Source of the DNA: the human T2T-CHM13v2.0 reference genome, Homo sapiens
Direction: 5' to 3' (one strand)
Assembly: GCF_009914755.1 (NCBI RefSeq)
Contig: NC_060934.1
DNA: 64,000 nucleotides
The position numbers and the translations under genes are program-made. Every line of letters begins with the position of its first letter. The first letter of the stretch is position 1. Under the pieces are notes generated by a model. It did no database searches. It saw nothing but the letters and a program-made list of their open reading frames with translations, and was not told where the DNA came from. Shown in pieces: positions 26,233-39,290 of the stretch.

Positions 26233-27689
26233 TTTAGAGTCATCCCCCAGCATCTTGGGGATCTTTTTCAGAATACTTGGGACCACTTGATGAAAATTTG
26301 AACCCAAGGTCTCTTTTGCTGCCCTTTTTCTAGTGTTCATGGCTTCTATGTGTATTATTCATGGCAAAGTATGGGCCCTTGGTCTACTGAATGATTTTGT
26401 GTTTGAAAGTGGAAATGTCTGATTTGTTATTGAGGTATCTCAGTGTTAGCATCTTCATTTGTCCCTGATGTTATTGAGTCCAGCCTGCATACGTAAATGC
26501 ATAAATAAATCTCTCTGTGGATTTTCTGTTTTTTTTTCTCCCGGCACATCCCACTCTTTGCACCTCTCCTTACACTCAATATAGTTATATTCCAGGCTCC
26601 TCTAATCTCCAGGCATTTGCTTCAATGGTGGCCACACTCTAAGGCACTCAATTCAGTACTGGAGTTTGATCCTAACTCTAGAAAATCAAGTCTTTACATG
26701 TCAGCCATAAACCTCTGGAAGTGGATTAAATAGGAATTTTGATGATTAAATGTGAATATTACCACAATATAATAAAATTGATGTTTTTCACTAAAGTAAC
26801 ATTGTGACACCTTTGCATCCACAGAAACAGTGTTTCTTCAAAGCAGCCATGTTAGGTGGAGCTCGTTTTGATGCCTCTTTAGGAATGGCGGTAGTCCTGG
26901 CTCACCAGTGGCAGAAGGACCCCGTCTTGCCACTGGATAGTGTATCCGCTCCCTTTCTCCTGTATTTTGCTCCTTGAGATTTCCTGCACTTAGCATCTCT
27001 GCATCTTCACCCTCATCTCACCCTTCTGGTATTGCTTTGCCATTATGATCTGAGAAGATCCTCTTCTGAAAATCAGGAAACCATGGTGAACTAGCTAGAC
27101 AGTGAGACCATGCTGAGGCTGGAACCAAGAGCCTTACTCTGAACCTAACAGGAAGCGATTGAACTTTCAGAAACACAGAGGGCAAGGACCTCTCTGCCAG
27201 GACCTGTCTTATTTGCTTATTTGCACTCACTGCTGCTGCAGCTGCTCTCTGTGACAGCTTCTCAGAGTGTGCGGGTGGAGGGGTCATTCCAGAGCAGAGG
27301 GGCTGGTGCTGGATTGGAAAGCTGCCCACCACTCCAGGTCAGAAACACTAGCCGTCCCTCTACCCACAGCCTGCACAAGTTGTGTCCCAGATCTCAGTGT
27401 GGGTGGTGCCCCTGTCAGGAGGGCTCTTTCCATTGAGCGCCTCTGCAGGGTGCACTGCTGTGCTGTGAGGAAGGCAGAGCAGAGGACAATGGGATCTTGG
27501 CATTCCCAGCATTGTATTGTGTATCAGCTACGTTAGGCCTTAGTTAGAGATATTTGGGGAAATGGTTGCAGCGGCACTTTTGGAAAGTATAAACTGCTGG
27601 TAAATGGAGGTTCTGTACACTGAAAGTGAAGGTGTGTCTCCTTGACACTGCCTTTTGGCAGATGGAGGTTCCTGATCTTCATGGCTTCT

Positions 27690-27930
27690 AAGGAAGTGAC
27701 TTCTTTCACTAGAGGGATTCAAGCTAGGGTTCTGCATTCAGATGTGCTAGATGTGGAACCATAGTTGTGCTATGTGCTAGGAGTCTGACTTTGTATGATT
27801 TACCTTATCTGGTTCTCCTTATTCATCTAAAAAATAGGATTAGTAATGTCTGTTTTAGAGAGTGTCTGTGAGGATTAAATAAACATGTCTGGCACATGGT
27901 AGATGCTTACTAAACATTAGTTTCTTCCTG
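27690..27930 (+). mobile_element. MIR
   Basis: ctccttattcatctaaaaaataggattagtaatg...gtgaggattaaat...ctggcacatggtagatgcttactaaacattag. Confidence 0.65.
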
Positions 27931-28699
27931 TGTTCTTGGTTACCCACAGAGTTAACGTTCAGAAAGCATCTGTTACCTCAGTAACAATGGACGTAGAATA
28001 TGCTAACTCAGGTGATCCAGAGTATATGCATATATGTATATAAGTTACTGAATCTGACAGAAGGAAGAGTCAAGGATGTTTTGGTGACTGAACTCTAAAG
28101 CAGCATAAGCTCGTGGAAGGTAATAAATAGTGAAACTCTGGAAGCACCAAGTTTAAAAGGAAAAAGAGTCAATGAAGCTAAGAGATTACAATTTGATAAC
28201 AAATGACATCATATACCAACACTTTAGGAAACAACTGTCAGGCAGAACTTTAAAAAAAGATTTATGGAAATTGTTTTAAAACTCATTATTAAATTTGGCA
28301 GCACATCCTCAACTTGGAGAGAAAGGAAGAGGCAAAGAAATCAAAGGCTCTGACAGTAATTTATGGATGTAGGCAAATGATAAATACTTCCAGAGCTTGA
28401 AATTTACACCATCATTTGCTTGAAAGTAACCACTTGTTAACTGGATTTGGGAAGTAAGTTTATGACATTGACCTACTTCCTGATCATCAGCAAAGAAGCT
28501 GCATTATGGAAGGTCCTGCCTGGCCAGCATTAAAGCTTCAGAGTAACAGTGGGCAGAGAAGGTGCAGGAAGCTGCTGCCTCTAGAGCTGGAGATGGTAAC
28601 AGGCTATCTTTATCTTACTGAGCCTGGAGGAAAAGGTTCTAGGAAATGGGAAAGAGGAGCGGTGTCAGGCATTTGGCACAGCTGTCAGTGGATGGGGCT

Positions 28700-30470
28700 T
28701 AATTGGATTGATGGGCTGTGGTTATCCCACAGATAGGTTAAACCCAGCAGCATATCCACCGCCGAACTGGGTCTTCCAGCTCCCTCCTCTGTGCCTTAGC
28801 CCAGTGCATGGCCCCATTGTCAACCACTGCTTGTCACTCTCATCTGCCTCCTTGTCCTCATGTTCCAGCTTTCATTACTTACCAGGTGCATCCCGTCTCC
28901 TCCAGATCTTCAAATCCATCTACTTTTTCCAACCCCTTTCCCACGTGGATGATGACCACAGCTCCCAACTGACAACTTTTACTCCTTGGGCTCATTTTTT
29001 TCACCAGCGTGCGGTCATAATGGTGTTTTTAAAGTGTGTATTTGGTCTGGTCACTCCACTCCTTCAGTAACTCCCTGGTTCTCTGGGGATAAAAATCCAG
29101 ACTCCTTCACCAATTTTTTCTCACTGCTTCCCCCTTCTTATGGTGCGTCTCAAATGCCCAGTATGCTTTTTTTTTTTTTTAAATTAACCCTTGTGTCTTT
29201 GGTGTACTTTGCTTCTTATGCCCTTCGCCTGCTCCCTTGTTAGCCTGGGTAACTAACCCATTCTTCCTGGAGGCACTTACCTGGGGCAAAAGCCTCTGAC
29301 TTGTCTGCCTCATGCCCCACCCCCAGCCTTTAACCCTGGGGGCCACAGGGCCTCACCATCGTGTTTCTCTTAAGGAACACCTACATCGAGTTGATTCTCC
29401 ATAAATATTTGTTGAGTGTTTAATGGAGTAATGATAGTGGACTCAAATGCCTTTTTTCTAGCTTTCAGGGTGTTGTCATTTCATATGCTTTTCAGCTGTC
29501 TGCAACAGCAGATTTCATAAATATTGCCCCATAGTTAAAAGACCTAGTCATTTGCTGGGTATTAAAATATCAGCAATCCAAGTGGTATTTTTCCCGTTCC
29601 ATTGATAGTGCTAATTCATGCCTCTCAGGAGAGGCTGGTTGCTAGGAGATTCTTTCTTTGAGTTCATTTGCATTTGAGTTAATGGTTGGTCCTTGCCAGT
29701 TTTTCCTTTTCTTTCCTTAAGTTGTTGAGAAGAGGTATTTCATTTGATCATTCTTTTATGTTCCTTTCATTATTCAGCTTATTTGTTAATGACTGTTGAA
29801 CATTTGGACTTTATGCATGGTAGGGCGAGTACTGTTCGTGTCCTAATGTGGTACTGATTTCACTGACCGATGGCCCCTCCCCGCCCCGCCCCTGCCTTTG
29901 TGCTGGGGTCCGAGCACCGATAGTTTTAACCAGCATTGTTGCTCTGATCGTCCTAGGACCCAGTGAGGTCGTCACGTATATTTCTCTGATACATGATTTT
30001 TCTCTTCTCCTTTCTCTGAATTTAAACTTGTCACTTCACCTTCACATTTTCTTTTAATGAATATCCTTCTAAACATAAACACCAGCAGTCAAATTTGAAC
30101 TGTTGAGATGTCATCAGTGGTTTGTCCCTCTGTCCTCAGGAAAAGTACAACTTCTTGTTCTGGCACCCAGGGCTTTCCAAGGTGGCCTGAATCCACCTTG
30201 CATGCTTTCCTTACCCACAGCTTTTCTTCTTCAACTGTCTTGCCTTGCGTGTCTACTGGCAGTTCCCTAATAAGCTTTTCTCTGTCCGTTATGTGCTTTG
30301 GCCTGTCCTCTTCCTTCTAGCTGAGATGCACCTCCTCTGAGCAGTCCTCCAAATAAAAATCCAGCTCTGCGTGAGGCCCGTCGAAATCTCACCTGCTCTG
30401 TGCAGTCATCTCTCCACCAGTTAGACTTGGAGCACTGCCTATCATTGCTGTATGTGTGATCCTTACTGCA
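28700..30470 (+). mobile_element. L2 fragments (two segments, ~28700-29430 and ~30040-30470)
   Basis: tctggtcactccactccttcagtaactccctgg...ggggataaaaatccagactcctt; pyrimidine-rich sense L2 text; approximate. Confidence 0.55.
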
Positions 30471-30505
30471 TTCTGCCTTGCTTCAGGATTATCAGCAGGG
30501 TAGGG

Positions 30506-30508
<3 letters not shown>

Positions 30509-30542
<34 letters not shown>

Positions 30543-30587
30543 TGTGTGTGTGTGTGTGTGTCTGTGTGTGTGTGTGTGTGTCTGTGT
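30509..30587. repeat. Compound microsatellite (AG)16 followed by interrupted (TG)n
   Basis: Read directly from the sequence. Confidence 0.97.
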
Positions 30588-31379
30588 TTGCTGTGGAAAG
30601 AAGCTCCTTGAGAGCGAGGACTGGATCTGAAATACCTCTCTGCAGTCCATTCAGTTCCATTCCTTAGTGGCATATAGAAGACATTTTAACTAATTTACCG
30701 GCTCATTTCTGTAGTCAGCACACATTTTGGGGGTATGGGGGGCACACATTCAAACCAGTGGTTATAGGGATATAAGAAGTACACAGGCATGTACCAGGCT
30801 TGGTGGGAGTGGGAGAGAGGCACGGAAGTGAGCCTAGGAGGGTCAGGAAGGCTTCCAGGGCTTAGGAGTTTGCCTGACACTTGAGGTGAGAGCCAGTGGC
30901 TTCCCCTAGAGAGGATATTCAGGGCAGAGGGGCTGGCCTGGTCAAGCCTGGGAAAAACTGAAAGAAGATTGTGTGGTGGCAAAGTTGCTGGAGCAGAAAG
31001 TGTGCGGTGAAGAGATACGGGAAACAAGGCCAGACTGGAGGAGCAGGCCAGCTCTGTAGGGGTGATGATCAGGTATGGCAGCTAGCGAGAGCTTGCCAGT
31101 CCCAGTGTTGTGAATTGGAGAGAGTTCTCAGGTGTGTCCGCCTGTGCCTGTGCTTCTATCAAGCCTCACACAGAAGGGAACAGGCACTAGCATTTATCCT
31201 GTTGCTCCCGCTGTCCCTCACCCTCACCTGGACTTTCCGTAACCCTCTTTATGGTTTTCCTTACCTGGCCTCTGGTGAATGTGGCAGTGAGCAGTAGAGT
31301 GCTCAAAAGGGAGCAGTGTTAGGGTGAAGCAAGGTTCCTGGCAAAGCCGCAACTAAATTTTAAGGTTTGGTTTTGTGGT

Positions 31380-31548
<169 letters not shown>

Positions 31549-32613
31549 TAAATCTTAAAATGAAAGTAGGTTGTAAAATGAACTGTGACCAGACAGTGAT
31601 AATCTTTAAACTTTCCAAAAGGATTGATAATTCTGTGAGCAGGGGCCATACCTGTTGTGTTTACTGCTGTGTGCCCAGCTCAGCATGCACCCCATGGCTT
31701 GACACAGGGCAGGGTATGTTTAGGTGTGAATAATTGTATGTACAGATGAGTATATACGTGAGTAGAATGTATTTCTATACATTATAGATGTATTTTGGCT
31801 TTTTATAATCTATATAAGGTCTTTACACATCTTTTGTTAAATTTAATGATGTTTTGTTTGTATTGCTTAGTAAATGGATTATTTTTTATTGTCATTATTA
31901 GTATGCTAATTGTTTATTGCTCTGGGCCATAGTGTTCTCAGTGAATACCCTGTTGGCCTTGGGAGGTACAGTTTCTCATTGTGTGGGACACTGGTGTGGA
32001 AAAATAGCAGCCACTTGACATGTGACAACTCCACACATTGCTGAATACCCCCTAGGGTGAAGAGGATGACATTGCTCCTTTAGTTGAGCACTATTGCTGG
32101 GATAAAGGAATGAAATTGATTTCTATATGTCAGTTTGTGTCTAGCACCAATAGATTTTTAAACCATCTTATATTTTCTGTGTAGAGGATTATATGCAAAT
32201 AACAATAATTTTGTTTCTTTCCATTTCAATAAATTCCTTGTATGTTACGTTTACTTGTTGTTTTGCATTGACTAGGGCCCCCAATACAATGTTGATAGTA
32301 GGTGGATCCCAGTTTCATTCCTGACTTGAGAAATGTGTCTGATGTTTCACCGTTAAGTATACAGATTGCTGTAAGTTTTTGGCAGATAGCCTTTATCAGA
32401 TTAAGATTTGCTGAGAGTTTTTATCCTAGGTGGTTATGGAATGTAGAGCCCCTGTTAGTTGGACTTAGTTCATTCTATACAATGCCTAACTCTGTTCTCT
32501 GTGCTCCATTCTAAGTGATTTCCTCAGATCTGTTTTTCAGGTCACCAGTTCTACATTCAGGAATATCTAACCTGCAGTTTAACTCATCTATTGAATTGTA
32601 GATTTCATTGACC

Positions 32614-32981
32614 ATGTTAGCCATTTGGGCTGCTATAACAAAATATTATAGACTGAGTAGCTTATAAGCCGTAGAAATGTATTCCTTACAGTTCAGGAAG
32701 CTGGTAGATTCAAGATCAAGGTGCTGGCAGATTTGGTATCTGGTGAAGGTCAGCTTCCCGGTTCATAGATGACCATCTTCTTTTTGGTGTAACCTCACAT
32801 GGCAAAAGGGGCAAGGAAACTCTCTGGGGCCTCTTTCATAAGGGCGCTAATCGCATTCGTGAGGGCTCTGCCCTCATGACCCAATCACCTCCCAGAGGTG
32901 CCACCTCCAAATACTGTCACACTGGGAGCTAGGATTTAACGTATGAATTTTGGGGGGACACAAATATTCAGTCTGTAGTGA
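32614..32981 (-). mobile_element. MaLR solo LTR (MLT1A-like) inserted in old L1M sequence
   Basis: gggctgctataacaaaatattatagactgagtagcttataa...tcaagatcaaggtgctggcagatttgg...gaattttgggggacacaaatattcagtc. Confidence 0.82.
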
Positions 32982-34099
32982 TTGTGTTTGCATGCATGTA
33001 TAGACGTGTGTGTATATGTGTGTGTCTCTATGTGAATCCTACAAACATGGTTCTTTTTTAAAACTCCCTTTTATTTTTTTCAGAGTATCTTTTCCCCCTT
33101 ATTTTAAAATTTATTTTGTTTTTCACCACTGTGCACAAATTCATTCTATGGTCTTTAGTTAGTTTTATTATCTCAAGTTTTTGAGGGTCTGATCTTGATA
33201 TTTTTGAGTTTCTTGACTCTTGCTCAAGAGTCATGAGACTATTTTTTCCTCCTGTGTGTTGCCATTTTAGATGGTGAGCCTGTCATCGGAGGACATAATC
33301 TGGTGGAATTCTGGGAGACAGCCTGCTTTAGAGTGGTTTATAATTTGGCCAATTTGGTGTGAATTTCTTTTCCAGGAGTTTTCTGGGCTACATGTATAAA
33401 GTAGAATGTCAAAAACCACATTAGAGATACAGACAGACTGACAGTTACCAGTTGCTGGGAGATTGGGCAGTTGCTCCCCCTGCCAGCCCAGCCTCCTTTT
33501 CATTTGGGTTCATAGATACTTTTTCTTAATTCAGGTTTTTGCTAAGATCATAGCTCTCTGAGGGTTCTAGCTATATGTAAAAGTGTCAGTTCCAACTCCT
33601 GTGTTATATCCTGTCCTGCAGGAACGTTAAAATAATAGTGTCTTCAAACCAAGATACTTCTGAGAGTAAAGGGGGTTAGAATTCTTTATTATGCCAGATC
33701 ACTGGTGTGAACCCGCATGTGTGTCACCTTAGTCAAAACCCAAGACCAGCTCACACAACTGGATAGCCCCTGTCCTGCCACAGACTTCAGTTCTCTCTTT
33801 GATTCGGGCCTTAGGCCGTTGACCCTGCTTTCTTGCCACACTTATAGGCATTTAAAAGGCTGTATTATATTTTAACTCACATTACAAAGTGCATGTAGCA
33901 TGAGAGCTTTTAGGTTATCTGGTCTGTGTATTGGCAGAATAATCTGTCTTTAGTCTTAACATTAGCATCTTTATCTCCTTGATTAATCTTAAGATAGAAT
34001 ATTAGATACATTAAGATAGAAAATTAGAAATAGGACAGCAGAGAGGAACTGGGGAGGGAAGAAGGGAAAACGGAAACAGTTATAGCTAGGAAAAGAGAA

Positions 34100-34965
34100 G
34101 GAGGAGAAGAGAGACTGAGAGATGGGTTGGAAAGAGGAAGATGGAGAGGCAGAACGGGAGATGGAGAGATGGACAGACAGGGAGATGGAGAGACAGACAG
34201 ACAGGGCAGTGGAGAGACAGATAGACAGGGGGAGATGGAGAGTCAGACAGGGCAATGGAGAGTCAGACGGGAGATGGAGAGACAGGGAGAAGACAGGGAG
34301 ATAGGGCACTGGAGAGACAGATAGGGAGATGGAGAGACAGGGAAATGGGGAGACAGGAAGATGGAGAGACAGACAGGGAGATAGGGCACTGGAGAGACAG
34401 ATATGGAGATGGAGAGATAGGGAGATGGAGAGACAGGGCGATGGAGAGACAGACAGGAAGATGGAGAGACAGGGAGATAGATAGGGCAATGGAGAGACAG
34501 ACAGGGAGGTGGAGAGACAGACAGGGAGATAGGGCAATGGAGAGACAGACAGGGAGATGGAGAGACAGACAGGGAGATAGGGCAGTGGAGAGACAGACAG
34601 GGAGATGGAGAGACAGACAGGGAGATAGGGCAGTGGAGAGACAGACAGGGAGATGGAGAGACAGATGAGATAGGGCAATGGAGAGACAGAGAGATGGAGA
34701 GACAGGGAGATGGAGAGAGAAAGATAGGGCGATGGGGAGACAAGGCAGTGGAGAGACAGACAGGGAGATGGAGAGACAGAGAGGGAAACAGAGATAGGGC
34801 AATGGAGAGACAGGGAGTTGGAGAGACAGACAGGGAGATGGAGAGACAGACAGGGCGATGGAAAGACGGACAGGCAGGTGGAGAGACCGACAGAGGGAAG
34901 GAGAGGCAAACGGGGAGATGCAGAGATGGACAGGGAGATGGAGGGACAGACAGACAAACAGAGCA
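34100..34965. repeat. GA-rich minisatellite; core 48-bp unit AGGGCA(A/G)T + (GGAGAGACAGACAGGGAGAT)x2
   Basis: About four near-perfect 48-mers at ~34483-34670 with degenerate 16-28-bp variants on both sides; generates the stacked low-complexity ORFs in the track. Confidence 0.93.
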
Positions 34966-37079
34966 GATGACTGAGGGCTGGATGTGTGTGCACAGAGAGC
35001 TGCACACAGAGACACATCCATTCAGTTAGCAACCCACTTGCGGAGAGACTGCCCTGGAGGCCCACACATGTAGACGTGTGGACACAGAGACACACACTTG
35101 CAAAGACATACACGGAGATCACCTGCAGGGGCACCAGTGGCTGAAAGAGAGTGAAAATAGGAAACAACTAAATATAAGTGTGTTATGATAGTCCAGAAAA
35201 TAAACTTGAAGTCAGTGGGAGTAGAAAAGATGGCTTTAGGTGGGATTAACCAGAACTGCAGTAGCAGCACTTGGCTGCGGCAGCCACAGCAGGAGCTGTT
35301 GTTCTCGTGGGAATGCTGATGTGGGCTGCTGGGCTCAGGCTTCCCTGGTGACAGCCTCCTGGAGCAAACCAGCCTGGTCAGCTCCTGATTTCATCCTGTT
35401 GACACTAACAAATGGAGATAATCACTGATTGTGAGGCAGTGGCAGGGACAATAATAGCAACAAAAGAAACAATCTGATTTAAAATTAACAGGCTTTGTTG
35501 ATTTCATAATTGCCTCCCACATCATAGCCAGATTTGGAAATGTGACTACCTAAAATTGAAATTAGGGGTTTGAGATTTTAACCATATCAAATATTGCTCA
35601 AAAGACAGGAAATAGAACTAGTGATGTCTTCGGAGGGTAACTGTGGGGCTGTACCACAGTTGGCCTCCCAGTTGAAACTCACTTTCTGTGCATCTTGAAG
35701 TTCCAGAACCTATCAAGGAATCACAGAACCCTTGATTCCTTTGGGCTCTGCTCACTGACACTGTCTAGACCTAAGTGGACAGCCCATCTTGTGGAGATGA
35801 TTTATTGGAGTGATTATCAGTTTGGGGCGTGGCAGTGCAGAGAAAGGGGGATGCGAGGGGCTTGCGAGGGGGAGGGGATAGTTTGACTTTACAGGCTTGC
35901 TTTGGCGCCTCCTCTCCATCCAGTGCTGTTTAGGTCTTACTGTGCTTTTCTGCTTTACTTTTTACTAGTTTTTCAGACCATTAATGATAGCTTATGATGG
36001 CTGCTTTTCTTAGCCACTATCTTATTACCTGGATCCTTTATAACACTGGAAGGTAAACTTGGTGCTGGTTTAAAAGCCAAGATGAGCAATTGTGGATCAC
36101 TGTTACTGTGACATCTGTGGAAAAGACTGAAGAAAATGAGGTTGACCAGTATAAGAGAATACTGCCGAATTAAACTGTGCCACATGCCGTTTGATTTATC
36201 TTTAGTTTTGAATAAAGGCATTGTATTTTACTTTGTGCTCAGCTGACACATGGACTGAAAGCAGTGTGACCGAACACTCAGTTGTCACCTCAGAGTCTGG
36301 CAGGAGGCCCTTAGAATAACCATTCTTTGAATATTTTAATTCAGCTGTGTGTCTTAATAGGTATCAACATCATAAACAAAAAATAGGCTAAGACTCTGCT
36401 TCCTAAATATTAGATTGAAGTCAGCTCAGGGGATTCCATGACATTCCTTAAAACTGCCTTTTCCTCTAAAGCATTACTTCCTCAGGTTAATTTATGGATT
36501 ATCTTGCCATTCTTTTAGGAGGTAGGAGACTCTAAGTCAGGAGTATGCAACACCAAACTTTTAAACATCAATTTCAAGCCAGCACTCCTTAGAGAACAGA
36601 AATTGTGTAATGAAATTTAACAATCTTTAGTGTCTCTAAGCCTAACATTTATGTATTGAGAGTTTTGTTTCTTTAGCCCTGATCTAAGTGCTGTGGCTTA
36701 ATGTTTTTAATACCCATTATTTCTGGGGACCCTATTGTGTGGTGGACATCCTGCCCATTGCGCTAGTACCTGACTCCTAATCGTCATAGCAGTTCTCGAA
36801 GCTAGGTGTTATTAGCCCACTTTGTAGATAAGGAAAATGAGATCAGAATAGTATCACAATTTGCCCAAGGCCATAGAGCTAGCAAAAGTGAATTCAAATC
36901 TGGATCTTTTACATTTTAAAATGTGTAATTCTTTTTCTACTGTTTGAGCATCTCTTTGGGGAATGAATGATTCCGAGAACTCCTGGAGAGTCTTATTTTC
37001 AGCTTTCTGAATGTGGGTTATAGAGTCAGTCTTGATGGGTTTTTCATTCTTTTTGTTTTCTCCTCTAGTACCTTATACC

Positions 37080-37226
37080 TTCAACTTAGAAGGATGCTCT
37101 TGTAGGGCTGGGACTTGATCTCTTTCGTTACTTCTGTATCCTCAGTACCTGTAACTCAGCATTACTTAGTACCTAGTAGATGCTCAGTGATTATTTGTTG
37201 AATGAATGGATGAATGAATGAATGAA
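37080..37226 (+). mobile_element. L2 3' end with (TGAA)n tail
   Basis: ctcagcattacttagtacctagtagatgctcagtgattatttgttgaatgaatggatgaatgaatgaatgaa. Confidence 0.8.
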
Positions 37227-38382
37227 AACCATGGCAGAATGGACTGGCCCTGACAACCTCTCAGTATATACTCGTGACATCTAATGAAATGCTAATTTAT
37301 CCTATCACAGTATAATCGTGAAGGTAAATGTGATAGAAATGTCATAGGATGCATTTTGAAGTCAGCTAAATACATGTTTTGTCTCACCATTAATCGACTG
37401 TAGCCCTTTGAAAACCAAGAATGCTTTCTTATGACCATGAAATAGGTCATGTAGAATAGGAAAGTTAATGACACAAGTGGTTACTACCCCAAAGTAGTAT
37501 TTCGATACGAATAGAATTGAACATAATACCTAGCATATAGTGGAGACTCAATGCATGTTGGTCCATTTAACTGAATTCAACGGAATTGCCTTGCTAGGAA
37601 AAAAAAAGCAATATTTATTTTTGACTCAAAAAATTATGAGTCCAGTGCTTTGTTTAAGCTATTCTCTTGTAAGCATGCTATTCTGTGTCTCCCAGGATTG
37701 GGTCACATATTTTATTCTTCATTGTTCCCTAGCTGGTTCTGCACTCTGATGTGTCATGTACTTCATCTTGACTCCCTGAATCAATTGTAATTTTGTGTAG
37801 GATAAACCAGGCCGTACATGTCTCTGTCCCTCCCGGAGGCCGGCCACATGCCCACCTGCCTCGTGGCAGAGCTCTCGGCTTCTGTGTGGTGTCGTCTTTT
37901 CTCAGGGATGGAAATGCTCTGGTGGGGCTTCACTCTTTCAGTAAGGCAGTAGTTTGTGTTACAATGACACCCAGTAGAGTAACTATTTAAATTTTATAAG
38001 TTCTTCTTCTTCTTGGTGAGTTAGCACATGAGGTATTTCAAGAGCTTGGTGGGAGCAGGTGGGAAGAGTCAGAGCTCTCTGCACGCTGCAAAGGCGGGTC
38101 TAAGGGAGGCCCAGCTGTGTGAAGTTCCAAGAGGGGCTTTGTGAGGGGTGAGGGATATGTGATTTTGGGGTGGATTGAGGGAGGATCATGTGAACAATTA
38201 GTGTTTAGATTATTACTTTAAAAATGAATAATAAACTGTTAGAGCTGACTTCAGCAAAGTGGTCAGCATACTTTAGCAGTGAAGTGTATTTTGTCTATAA
38301 TCTCTAATTTTAAGCTCAGTATTCCATTAATTTATTACTTTTAATTTTTGTCATTGAAAAACATCATAAAAATGTGTTCCTT

Positions 38383-39290
38383 GGGGGGAGGAGCCAAGAT
38401 GGCCGAATAGGAACAGCTCCTGTGTACAGCTCCCAGCCTGAGCGACGCAGAAGACGGGTGATTTCTGCATTTCCATCTGAGGTACCGGGTTCATCTCACT
38501 AGGGAGTGCCAGACAGTGAGCGCAGGTCAGTGGGTGCGCGCACCATGCGCGAGCCGAAGCAGGGCGAGGCATTGCCTCACTCGGGAAGCGCAAGGGGTCA
38601 GGGAGTTCCCTTTCCTAATCAAAGAAAGGGGTGACGGACGGCACCTGGAAAATCGGGTCATTCCCACCCGAATACTGCGCTTTTCCAACGGGCTTAAAAA
38701 ACGGCGCACCACGAGATTATATCCCGCACCTGGCTTGGAGGGTCCTACCCCACGGAGTCTCGCTGACTGCTAGCACAGCAGTCTGAGATCAAACTGCAAG
38801 GCGGCAGCGAGGCTTGGGGGAGGGGTGCCCACCATTGCCCACGCTTGCTTAGGTAAACACAGCAGCCTGGAAGCTCGAACTGGGTGGAGCCCACCACAGC
38901 TCAAGGAGGCCTGCGTGCCTCTGTAGGCTCCACCTCTGGGGGCAGGGCACAGACAAACAAAAAGACAGCAGTAACCTCTGCAGACTTAAATGTCCCTGTC
39001 TGACAGCTTTGAAGAGAGCAGTGGTTCTCCCAGTACGCAGCTGGAGATCTGGGAACGGGCAGACTGCCTCCTCAAGTGGGTCCCTGACCCCTGACCCCCG
39101 AGCAGCCTAACTGGGAGGCACCCTCCAGCAGGGGCACACTGACACCTCACACTGCAGGGTACTCCAACAGACCTGCAGCTGAGGGTCCTGTCTGTTAGAA
39201 GGAAAACTAACAAACAGAAAAGACATCCACACCAAAAACCCATCTGTACATCACCATCATCAAAGACCAAAAGTAGATAAAACCACAAAG
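38383..39290 (+). promoter_or_regulatory. L1 5'UTR internal sense promoter and antisense promoter region
   Basis: Intact YY1 core CAAGATGGCCG at 38395-38405; many retained CpGs in 38400-38830. The ~908-nt length matches the short (L1PA3-6030/L1PA2/L1HS-type) UTR that lacks the 129-bp ZNF93-binding segment. Confidence 0.8.

Noticed and set aside
26904-26936. Small hairpin CCAGTGGCA...TGCCACTGG
   Set aside because: A 9-11-bp stem is expected by chance at this window size; no ncRNA hallmarks.
34483-34670. Regularly spaced direct repeats resembling a CRISPR array
   Set aside because: No unique spacers, no cas genes, and primate intronic context; it is a tandem minisatellite.
33989-35167. 392-aa, 254-aa and 252-aa minus-strand ORFs and overlapping plus-strand ORFs
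   Set aside because: Low-complexity S/L/P/C or R/E/G/D translations produced by the GA-rich minisatellite being open in several frames; no domain or splice support.
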